64,000 bases of DNA. It comes from Naegleria gruberi (taxonomy: Eukaryota). Positions 22,742-32,800 of this stretch are shown piece by piece (position 1 is the stretch's first letter; each line of letters starts with the position of its first letter). The position numbers and the translations under genes are program-made. Location: the NCBI GenBank assembly GCA_000004985.1, contig GG738847.1. One strand, given 5' to 3'. The notes beneath the pieces were generated by a model. The model was not told the origin of the DNA and made no database searches. It was given only the letters and a program-made list of their open reading frames with translations.

Positions 22742-25351
22742 ATGCCGAAATTATCATCTTCATCTAAACGGAAAAAGGCTTGTGAATATTGTCATCAGAA
22801 GAAGAGGAAGTGTGAAGGATTTGATGGGTTATCTTGTGATAGATGTAAAAAAGCAAATACACAATGCTCATTAACAACAAGTTCAACAAGTAGTGGCTAC
22901 AAACGAAAAAGAGAAATCACACAAGAATATATTACTGAATGTCTTGAATCTTATTCTCAAGATATACAGTTTAATCCGAAGATTGTGAAAAGGAAGACAG
23001 CTTGTTTAGAATGTCGTAAAGTACATAAAAGTTGTGTATCTTCATCTACTTCAACTTTATCTTGTGATCGGTGTAATAGTACTAGTAAAATATGTTCTTA
23101 TAATACTGATGTTATTATTCCTAATGATAATACAATGGAAACAACAGTAATAATCTTCGAAAAAGTTATTCCAAAACTTTTAGAACCTATAACATCAAAT
23201 TGGATTCAATTATTCATCAAATATTTAAAAAATACAACAAAAGGAAATGATCAATTATTACAAATTATTAATTCACTTTCATCCCAAAAAAGAATTGAAT
23301 TTGGATTACACGATTTAAAAAAATTACCTGTAGTGGATGTATATAGAGCTATTTTAAAAGCAAAAATTCCAGTAGGAGTTTTAGATGATTTTGTAAAGGA
23401 TTTAGAAGAAAAAAATATTTATATATTCCCCCAAAAACAATCTATTTATAATTTTTCTTCTATATTAAATGGAGAATTGGAAGCTAAAACATATGGTTGG
23501 GGAATTGAAAAAAAATATTATGATCTAACTTGTAATAATATTCAAAAGAAATATATAGTATATTCTTTAGCTGAAGCAAAAGTTTTCTTAATTAAGTATT
23601 TAAAATATTTAAAAAGGAAAGATGAAAATATTATTGAATATTTAAAAAAGTATGGTTGGTTGTGGAATATTGTAGGTGATGGTAGACCAATTAAGGGAGC
23701 TCCAACACATTTCTTAATACGAGAAATTAGAAATGATATTAATATTCAATCACATAAGAATAATATTACAATTCTAGTAACAGATATTCCAGAAAAATTA
23801 CTTTCAGCATTACCATCAACAGCTTTTGAATTTATAATTGAATTTTTAAATATTGATTTTATTGAATTTGAAGGAGATAATATTAAATTATTGAAAATAT
23901 TTAATCCAGATTTAGGGTTTATTTATAAAATTATTGATAATTCAAATGTTAAACATGAAATAATTAATAATTTTAAAATAGTTCAATTATATGTTTTATT
24001 ATATTTAATTTATTCAATCGCAAATGGAAACGATCAAGAATTACATTATAATTATATTTATGAAATTTCAAATATGGAAAAAATTGAAATTTTTCAAATT
24101 GGTTTGGATATTAATAATGAACTTCCAAATATTCCTGAAATTCCAAAAAATACAATAGAATTATTTAATTATTTTGGTATTAATGAAAACCACTTTATTT
24201 TAATTGAAAATAGTTTAAAAATGAATAATGATTATAATGGAAAAAATTTAAATAGATGTGGATGTTGTTATATTCATTCTAATATTATTAAATTTGCATT
24301 ATTGTTTCCAGAATTAGATTGTTTCAAATGGCAACGAATTGATAAACATTTCAATAATCCAATGGGATTTTCAGTTTCTCAATGGTCATATTGTTCAAGT
24401 CATGCTTTAGTTTGTACTGTACAATTAATGGTTGATAATTTATTAGGCCAATCGGAAGAATTAAGAAATGAATTTATTAGTATATTCATAAATGATGCAA
24501 ATATTATTAATAAGAATAATTTAATTACTAATATTTCTAATTTTTCTGGTTTTAATTTTATTACAAAATTTATTAATGATAATAAGAAACATTTAGATCA
24601 AAATATTATAAATAATGCTTTCAAAATAGAAAAAAATAATAATGAAATAATGAATAATTGTAAAGATAAAATAATTAAAAAAATTGAAAAATCGGATGAG
24701 TGGAATAAATTTAATATTGAGTATGAAAAGGAAAAAGATGATGAAAAAGATGTAGATGAAAGAAAATATGAGTCTTTTAATTTTAAAAGATTTTTATTTC
24801 GCCAAAGTTATCAAATATTATTTAGTTGTTATATATGGTTACCTAAAATAGTAAAAAAATTAATTTCTATATTAGATAAAAATAATAATTCAACAACTTC
24901 AGGAACTCGGAATAGATTAAATCAAATAGAATCTAATATTACAAGTTTAAGTATACTAAATGATTTAATTAATATTCATAAATTATGGACATTATTTATA
25001 CAACGCGAATTAATATTAACAAGTTCAACTGAAACATTAGAATCCATGTTTACACAATTAAATCATTATGAAAAACAGTTATTTGATTTTACTAAATTAT
25101 TTGCAACAATTTACAATAATTATTCAATTTATTTCCACATTGAAAACAATTTATTTAATTTTTATACTAAATTTAAAGTTAGTTCAGAAATGATAAAACA
25201 AGTGGGAACGGAAGTACAAAATAAACAAGACAGAAAAATGATTAATAATATTTCTTGTCATAATGGATTAAATAATTCAGATATGCAATTATTAATTTAT
25301 GGCAGATCCAAACTGTTATTATTAACTTTAGAAGATACAAATAAAAATTAA
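22742..25351 (+). CDS. Transcription-factor-like protein (869 aa) with two tandem Zn(II)2Cys6 binuclear-cluster motifs at the N-terminus and a long Asn/Ile/Lys-rich remainder.
   Basis: First motif: CEYCHQKKRKCEGFDGLSCDRCKKANTQC. Second motif: CLECRKVHKSCVSSSTSTLSCDRCNSTSKIC. Both have the CX2CX6CX8-10CX2CX6-7C spacing of GAL4-type clusters. Single exon. Confidence 0.75.
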   Translation: MPKLSSSSKRKKACEYCHQKKRKCEGFDGLSCDRCKKANTQCSLTTSSTSSGYKRKREITQEYITECLESYSQDIQFNPKIVKRKTACLECRKVHKSCVSSSTSTLSCDRCNSTSKICSYNTDVIIPNDNTMETTVIIFEKVIPKLLEPITSNWIQLFIKYLKNTTKGNDQLLQIINSLSSQKRIEFGLHDLKKLPVVDVYRAILKAKIPVGVLDDFVKDLEEKNIYIFPQKQSIYNFSSILNGELEAKTYGWGIEKKYYDLTCNNIQKKYIVYSLAEAKVFLIKYLKYLKRKDENIIEYLKKYGWLWNIVGDGRPIKGAPTHFLIREIRNDINIQSHKNNITILVTDIPEKLLSALPSTAFEFIIEFLNIDFIEFEGDNIKLLKIFNPDLGFIYKIIDNSNVKHEIINNFKIVQLYVLLYLIYSIANGNDQELHYNYIYEISNMEKIEIFQIGLDINNELPNIPEIPKNTIELFNYFGINENHFILIENSLKMNNDYNGKNLNRCGCCYIHSNIIKFALLFPELDCFKWQRIDKHFNNPMGFSVSQWSYCSSHALVCTVQLMVDNLLGQSEELRNEFISIFINDANIINKNNLITNISNFSGFNFITKFINDNKKHLDQNIINNAFKIEKNNNEIMNNCKDKIIKKIEKSDEWNKFNIEYEKEKDDEKDVDERKYESFNFKRFLFRQSYQILFSCYIWLPKIVKKLISILDKNNNSTTSGTRNRLNQIESNITSLSILNDLINIHKLWTLFIQRELILTSSTETLESMFTQLNHYEKQLFDFTKLFATIYNNYSIYFHIENNLFNFYTKFKVSSEMIKQVGTEVQNKQDRKMINNISCHNGLNNSDMQLLIYGRSKLLLLTLEDTNKN

Positions 25352-25585
25352 AATTTTATCACTAATCAAGAATCGAACCAACGTCTCTGCGTTGATGCTA
25401 CCAGATTCATACCACTGCACTATCCATGCATTTATATTTACTAGAAACTCGGATGCAATAAGAACCATACACTTGTCGGAGGACCTTACTTTTGCTATGG
25501 CGGCGGCGGCGAAAATTTCCGGGAAGCTAGTGATCCACTGACAATTATTTATTATTGGAACAAGTTTGTGGAATGAAGAAGTGAT

Positions 25586-26579
25586 TTACTTCAACCAATT
25601 CTTTATTGTCATTCTAATTGGAAAATGATCACTCACAGCTTCAGCCAATGCCTGAGTCAACCCATATTCTTCCTTAAAATTCACCACTTGAACCTTTTCA
25701 TAATCAATTGAACCAGCAATGACAAATCTATCATATGGACATTTGGTTTTTACCATTGTTCCTTGATCATCCTTAATCAACCATTTGAATGTCGAATCTG
25801 TTCTCAGACGAATCCCCTTCCAATCTGATTCCTTCACATAACTACATCCAGCATTGAAATCTCCACTCAACAACCATGGAATATTCGAGTTGATAATTCT
25901 ATTCTTTCTGTAATAATACTCATACACATCATAGAGTGCATCAATTTCTTGAACAGCAGCTTTTGGAGAAGTGTGAATTCCACTAACAAACAAGGCATTC
26001 TTTGAGGCAACATTTGGAAGAGAAATGGATCTAGTTGAATTGGATGGTAAAACCAACACAGAATATGGTGGGCGTTCAAATTGATCAAAATCTTCAGGAT
26101 ACTGATAAGTGGAATTAATATGGACCTTATCAGAGTCATAGATATATCCTGTATATTGATATTAACACACAAAAACATTGAAAATTTCACAACATACCAT
26201 ATTGTTCCTTACTACTTGTTCTTCCCAATCTCAAACTTAAAGATATTTGGAATTTTCTACCAGCACTGTTTTTGCTCTCATTCAATAGTTGAAGTAATTC
26301 CTTAATGGCTTCTCCAGATGCATCTCTAATTTCCATGATCAATGTCAGATCACATTGTGAGAGAATTTTCAATAGAACATCAACAACTTGATTATTTTGC
26401 ATCTTTTTCTGACCAAATACTTGGACATTGAAACTGCAGTATGTTAAATCGGTGCTTGATTGTTTGGCAGTTGACTTGTTGATAATGGAAAGGTTCAGGG
26501 TAAGAACTGGATACGAAAGAAGGGAAAGAATCAAGAGTAAAGAGGTGGTGAGTAAGAAGGTGCGACTAGTGGAGATCAT
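25586..26579 (-). CDS. Secreted DNase I-like endonuclease (about 314 aa). It has 2 exons at 26579..26198 and 26148..25586, with a 49-nt intron.
   Basis: Signal peptide, then CSFNVQVFGQKKM...VVDVLLKILSQCDLTLIMEIRD...SSKEQYG (cf. DNase I FNIRTFG...IVLIQEVRD...SYKERY). Exon 2 contains EIDALYDVY, GDFNAGCSYV and SDHFPI, which are DNase I hallmarks. Confidence 0.8.
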
Positions 26580-26764
26580 TGTTAGGCTGTTTTTTTAAAT
26601 TTGTGAAAATCATGCAGTACTGACATGCAGAAAAGATCTTTAGGTCTGGATTTTTTAATTACGAAACCAAGGTGGTAACGGAGTTATTTAGGGAAATAAT
26701 CAAAGTTTGGTAAATTGAGATGTAAACTTGAATAGAATCATCACCAGATAGGGTTTTTATTCAA

Positions 26765-29068
26765 TCAAGCAAAAATCATTCTTACTGCAATAACATCACC
26801 TGCTTCTGATTTCTTAAACAAACAAGCATAACAACCATCACCATAACCAGATGATGTAATAATTCCATAAGGAGCAGCCATTTTTGAAGGATAATGGAGC
26901 TTTTGCATTTCTTTGGACAAGTAATTAGACCATTCAGATCCGTATGAAAGTTTAAATGCTTTTTCCAATAGAGATTTCTGCTTGAATGGTAAACCAAATG
27001 CTTCCATATTGTTGTAATACTTTAAATCAAAAAAGCTTGCAACTCCAGCATCAACTCCAACACCAAACTTCATTAAATACCATCCATCTTCATTCACTGG
27101 ATCTGGGTAGTAATCTGTCTTTGTTGCTTCTCCTTCTAGTTCTCTATAAATGTCATCAGAGTATTTGAATAAATTTGGATTCTTTGTAATTTCATCATAA
27201 CAATCAGAATGAATGGCAATTATTTGTGCTGTCAAGTAATTGTCAATTCCTCCACCATCTACATAATTTTTTTCCTTATTGGTAGTAATCCATTTCCATG
27301 TACCAGGTCTAACATTCTCAATAATTACAGGATTTCCATCTGCAAGTGAATCATTGGCAATAATTGATGTACTTTCAACTTTGAATTCTTGATCATCAAA
27401 CAAGATTTCATATTCCTTTCTTGTATTATTTGTATCATTCATGATATCATTAGTGGAAGTACTTTCAGTTGTTGTCAATTCTTTACAACCAACAATGCCA
27501 ATAAATGCAGTAGATGTCAAATCAACACCTGAATTTGACATAAACCCACTACCAATACAGGCTACAGAAATTTGTTTTGAAGATTTTTTACAATCCTTCA
27601 TGTCCTTGATATGATTCTTATATTCCAATATATCACTCCAACTAGATTTGTACATTATTGGAGCTCCAAGATAATTTGCAAAATCTTCAGGTTCCAATTC
27701 AATATAATCTTTGGAAATAATTTCTCCCAACTTGTCCATGTGATCTCTACATCTCAATCCTGCAATAATTTCAAAGTCATTATATTTTTCTTCTTTGATT
27801 TGGTAAGCTTTGGTAATTCTGGCACCAACTACATTTACACATGACATGGAAGGAGTTACTAACTTTGGAACATATACATCAAATTCTGAATCCTTCTTCA
27901 ATTTTTCTAAATATTCTTCCTCATTGAATATTTCCTTAATCTTTTCACTTTTGACTTGTTCAATTTCACTAATGCTAGTCACCTTGTTATATTGATTGTT
28001 GTTGTCCTTTAAAATAATTGTTTTAGAAATTGGGGAATATAAATAGGTAAGAGAACCCTTGATTGGTAATTTTCTCAATTCACCTTCTCCTTTTGAATTT
28101 TGAATATTAAATAATTGTGGAGTATAGGCAAAACAATCAATTGTCTTATCTGCAGATGAGCTAACTAGTAAACCAAAATTATCCAATCTTACAATGGAAA
28201 GTATTTCACAAATCCAATCTAAATGCTTGACAAGTACAATTTGAGTACCTTCTTGATTCCAAACCAATTCGTATAAACATCTATTTTGATGAACAAAAAC
28301 TCTCAATCTATGACCCTCCAAGTATGGAATAATTTTGCAATTGTCATTAAATCCAGTTCCTGTAAATGAAAATGTCTTATCACATTCAGTTGAGCATGTA
28401 ATTGGATTTTCAACCTTAAATTTACCACTTTCCAAATCATATTGATAAAAAGTACCATTATAATATAATGCATTAATAGAGTATTTTCTATTGAGTACAT
28501 CTTCACATGGAAGAGTAATTAATAATGTAGTATTTCTCAATGGAAATTGAGGTCTAACATAGGGTGGAAGTTCACTACATTTTTCAACAGTAAATTCATT
28601 GTAATTACCTCTCTCAATAACTGGTTCGCCTCCACTGCACGATAAAATCATTGAACCACCAACAAATCCAATACCTTCTTCATTAATTCTTTCAAGAATA
28701 TTCACTTGTTCCTTCTCAAAGGTTTCAACATTGTTAAATTTGAACCAGGAACGATTAGAATGTATACAATTAGAACCAGTTCTGGACGATGTTGTTGCAT
28801 AGGCACGAATGGTAGGCTCATCATTATCACTTCTGACAGACAATTGATACATCAAATGACTTTCCCAATCCAATTTAATTTCGCTAACACATTCAAATAT
28901 ACGATTTTTATCAGAGGCCAATTTGACATCTTCAACGTGAGCAATTTTCTTCTTGATCACATGGTCATAATCAGACAAGTCCAAGAGGTAAAATTCATGA
29001 TCAGAGGTTACATAACCATCCAAACACTTTCCGAATGGTTGAGTAGTGAAGGTAGATTGGTTGAACAT
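26765..29068 (-). CDS. Hypothetical 767-aa protein with no recognised domain. The C-terminal third is Gly/Asp-rich (DGGGIDNY...GVGVDAGV...SSGYGDGCYAC).
   Basis: Long intact single ORF. Confidence 0.45.
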   Translation of the reverse strand: MFNQSTFTTQPFGKCLDGYVTSDHEFYLLDLSDYDHVIKKKIAHVEDVKLASDKNRIFECVSEIKLDWESHLMYQLSVRSDNDEPTIRAYATTSSRTGSNCIHSNRSWFKFNNVETFEKEQVNILERINEEGIGFVGGSMILSCSGGEPVIERGNYNEFTVEKCSELPPYVRPQFPLRNTTLLITLPCEDVLNRKYSINALYYNGTFYQYDLESGKFKVENPITCSTECDKTFSFTGTGFNDNCKIIPYLEGHRLRVFVHQNRCLYELVWNQEGTQIVLVKHLDWICEILSIVRLDNFGLLVSSSADKTIDCFAYTPQLFNIQNSKGEGELRKLPIKGSLTYLYSPISKTIILKDNNNQYNKVTSISEIEQVKSEKIKEIFNEEEYLEKLKKDSEFDVYVPKLVTPSMSCVNVVGARITKAYQIKEEKYNDFEIIAGLRCRDHMDKLGEIISKDYIELEPEDFANYLGAPIMYKSSWSDILEYKNHIKDMKDCKKSSKQISVACIGSGFMSNSGVDLTSTAFIGIVGCKELTTTESTSTNDIMNDTNNTRKEYEILFDDQEFKVESTSIIANDSLADGNPVIIENVRPGTWKWITTNKEKNYVDGGGIDNYLTAQIIAIHSDCYDEITKNPNLFKYSDDIYRELEGEATKTDYYPDPVNEDGWYLMKFGVGVDAGVASFFDLKYYNNMEAFGLPFKQKSLLEKAFKLSYGSEWSNYLSKEMQKLHYPSKMAAPYGIITSSGYGDGCYACLFKKSEAGDVIAVRMIFA

Positions 29069-29888
29069 TGCGCGTCTTTTTTTTAAAATTCGATTTTATC
29101 AATTCTTGGAAGGCGGGAAAAGGGGTTCAATATTTCCACCAAAAAGTGGTTTTCGGCCAAGTTCTGCGATTTACAAAATTGATTTGTAAAATTGCTTACA
29201 ATGGTAACATTTCTGAATTGTTTGTATACAACACAACATACAGTTGCGTTCAGCATTGGATGAAACAGACTGTAATTGAAAATGAAAAATGGTTAAACTA
29301 TTTTCAAATAAGTAATTACATCATAGCCTTATTTAAAGGCTATGGCCAATTCAAGGCGGGTGGAACGGCTAAGGCGGTTGAGTTCCTCGGCTAACAGGCA
29401 AAGGTTCATCTAACTGACCTCGTTGTAACGAAGTGCTTTGAAATCTTCCAGGACACACCAACTTGTTGTTGTAAACAATGGTCCAATTAAACAAATTAGC
29501 TTTATAAAAGAACTCACAGAGGGCGCCCGTTAAATGTACAATTTTGTTGAAAAAAAAAACCCTATCACCTCATCACCTCAGCAAATAAGCAACAAAAGCA
29601 TCTAAGGCTGGAGTTAATATTCGGCACATAATTTGATAACAGTACTACTAGGTCAAACATAAGAGCCTCGAGTTATCATTATTGTCCTGTGGACAATTTT
29701 CATCACGCTTAATATCTCTGCCAAAAAAGTCCCAAACACTCTCATATATCTCNCAAGTTGTTATTCAAGAACACTCTCCAATACATTATCATAATTAACA
29801 ACCAGACAGGTAGCAATTTTTAAACCTCAACCTTACCATAACAACAAAACAATAATCACAACAAGAACAACAACAAGAATACAACAAT

Positions 29889-32800
29889 ATGCAATCAATG
29901 CATCTCGTTGCCTCATCAAGGGATTTTGGTGATCAACAGTCTGCTGTGTCGGATGGTCACAGTGCCACATCAAGTACCACACATCATACAACAAATTCAA
30001 CATGGGTTAAGATACAATCCTCAATAGCAACCTTAACAGTTGCACTGCAGGATAAAAAGAGAAAGACCTCTTGGAAATACTTTGCTCTCATAGTAATAAT
30101 GAATATTTACCTCATGTGGACATCTATTTTTCTCCCAACTCTAGGTTCTGCATATAATTGGGGAGAATATGGTGATTGGGTCTTCAAGGTAGCAAACTAT
30201 CCAATTACGTTCTCACTAGACTTGATACCATACATAGCCATGGTAGTACTGGAAATTGTTTCAATAGTATACGTGCTGTTGTATCTGACTACATCATACC
30301 TAGCATTTCAAGCAGTCAATAATTCATCCAAACAATCTGTAAGGATAAAGAGAATGTCCATCATTCTAAGCTGGCTGACAGTTTTCCTAACACCAGTCAT
30401 GTCCTTCATCTTTACCAGCTTTATTGATTGTAACCTATCCTCATTGGTAACAATAAGTGGATATGATGAACAGAAGTACACTCTTCAAAGATTTCCAACA
30501 CAGGCATGTTATTCAGTGGAGAATATTGCATTCATAGTAATAGGATTTGTGGGGCACTTTCTACTGGTAGGGTCGGTGTTTTATGCACATTTGGCCATTG
30601 CCAACATGCATCCTCACAACATGGCACCACTAAGAATGGAATCAAGTTTTTCCATCTCTTGCTTGATGTCATTTAATAGCTTTGAACTTTTGTGCATGTA
30701 TGTGATACCACCTCAATATGCATACATCAGATCCATAACTCATCTTATTATTTCCATAGGTTGGATTATTATCTTCTTTAATCAACTTCCATTCTTCAAG
30801 AGAGTTGAAAATTCAATCTATTTGGGTGTTGGAGGAGCAAAGATTGGAGCATCAACAGGTTCCCTCATTTCAGCAGCTGCTAATTCGACAAATAGTTGGC
30901 CATTTGGATTAGGAATGATGGGTATGACTCTAGCCCTTATAACAATTGGATTTTTGGTTGGATTGATTGTGGGAGAATTATATACAAGGATTGTTTTGAG
31001 AATGGTTGAAAAGCTCATTCACAATATTATTCTGGAAAAGCAAAGCTCAGAGACTGTAAATATATCACTGGATAGAGCTATTGAGAGGGATGCCCTCACA
31101 ATCTACCAAGAAATGGATGAGAGCAACCTGCTGCGTCAGTTAGGCCTGTTTTTAAGATTTTCAATTGTTAACACCAAGACCAATTCTATCAATCCAGAAA
31201 TTAATATGCCTCTCTCCTTTGTTAAAGGCATTGCAAATCAGAAATCCTTCTCAGAGAGTGGTCTCTTGATTAGTTCCGCTCTTATAATTGCCTACGATTG
31301 GAATGATGAAAATTCATTAATATTTGCAACCTTATTATTGAAAAAGGCTGCCAAACATGCTAATATTCTTCAAAAGGTGGTTGTTTCGGAGAGAATTACA
31401 GAAATTGAAATTGATGCGACAGAATCAAAGAATGGAAAGAATATGGTTGAAGTAAAGCACATTCTTGAAAGAATGACTAGATATCAGGAGGAGTTAAAGG
31501 CTCTCCATAGATTATTTTGGAAAGAGTTAATGAATGAAATTCCAAACATGCAAAAAGTCGAACAAACCAATAGAAGAATAGCCTACCTCACTGATATCTG
31601 TCATGTAACCTACTTGAATGTCATGTCAAACTATAGTAAGGAAAAGACTGTATTGAGATCGTATGCCTCATTCCTTGATGCCTATCTATTTGATAAGGAA
31701 CTTGCCCAGGAATTATTCCAAGAAGCAACTAGTATTGAAGAGGATGAATCAAATAAGAGAAACCGATCTAAAAATCACTATCTCAGAAATGTATCAAAAT
31801 TCAAGTTTCTTAGTAAGGGGAGTATTCACCCTTCACATATCGGTGATGACTTTGTAAGAAATAGCTTTGATTCTGCCGGCAATAGGGATATAGACATGGA
31901 GAAGGATGATGGTATGTCCTTTAGTGGTATTGAAGGAAAAGAAGTTTCCAAGAAGGAAACTATTTTCAAATCGGCTCTCAGAGTGCCTCCCTCACACAAA
32001 TTTCAAATGTTCTCTCTATATATTGTCATTTTCCTCTCTCTGTTGGCTACTGTTGTAGGATCGGTTCTTGCCTACTTCCTCTCGTTCAATATTGCTGGTG
32101 AAATACCAATGCAGTTCGATACTTGTAGAAGTACCATGTCAACCGCTGGTATTTTACGTCAACTAAGAATGCATCAATCCTCTTTACAAGTTTACAATTC
32201 TAGTTACAAAACCACTTCGACACTTGATATGTTTCACAATGACTTTATGGATAATCATGATATCAGACTGGAGAATTACATCAACATGTTGAAGAGAATA
32301 CCTTACTATGCTCAAGCTGCACTCTATACACCAGCCATGTACGAATTCTACACCAAGGATAATATTTCCGTGGTGGTACCATTCATTCCAGAAACATCAA
32401 CTGTACAAAATTTCATTTCAAGCTTTAAGAGAAATGCCTCAATGGAAGAAATTAACAATATCATTATTAGAATCTCTGAGAATATTCTTAATAATTGGCA
32501 AGACAAAGATTACAATACTCCACTTTCTAACTTCGAATTCATGTACATGTGGCAAAATAAGATTCCTTTAGGAGGTTTCTACACTACCTTTTGTGAAAGT
32601 TTGATTAATGCCAACTATAGTGATAGTAGTTCAAAACTTCAAGCCATGATGATTTGTTTGCTGAGTATTTGCTTTACCTATTTTGCTCTCTTCGTTGTAT
32701 TTTGTGGGCTGTCAAGATTGGAACTTACTTCCACTGAGAGAATTCTCAAACTCTATGAAAAAGTTTTAAATAAGAACGTCATTGGTAAGGCCTATCATGA

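Noticed and set aside
25360-25430. Possible tRNA gene on the minus strand (GGTTCGATTC T-loop-like and AGTGGTA D-loop-like motifs)
   Set aside because: Acceptor, D and T stems cannot be base-paired into a cloverleaf, and no matching 3' acceptor strand is present. Kept only as a tRNA-like remnant.
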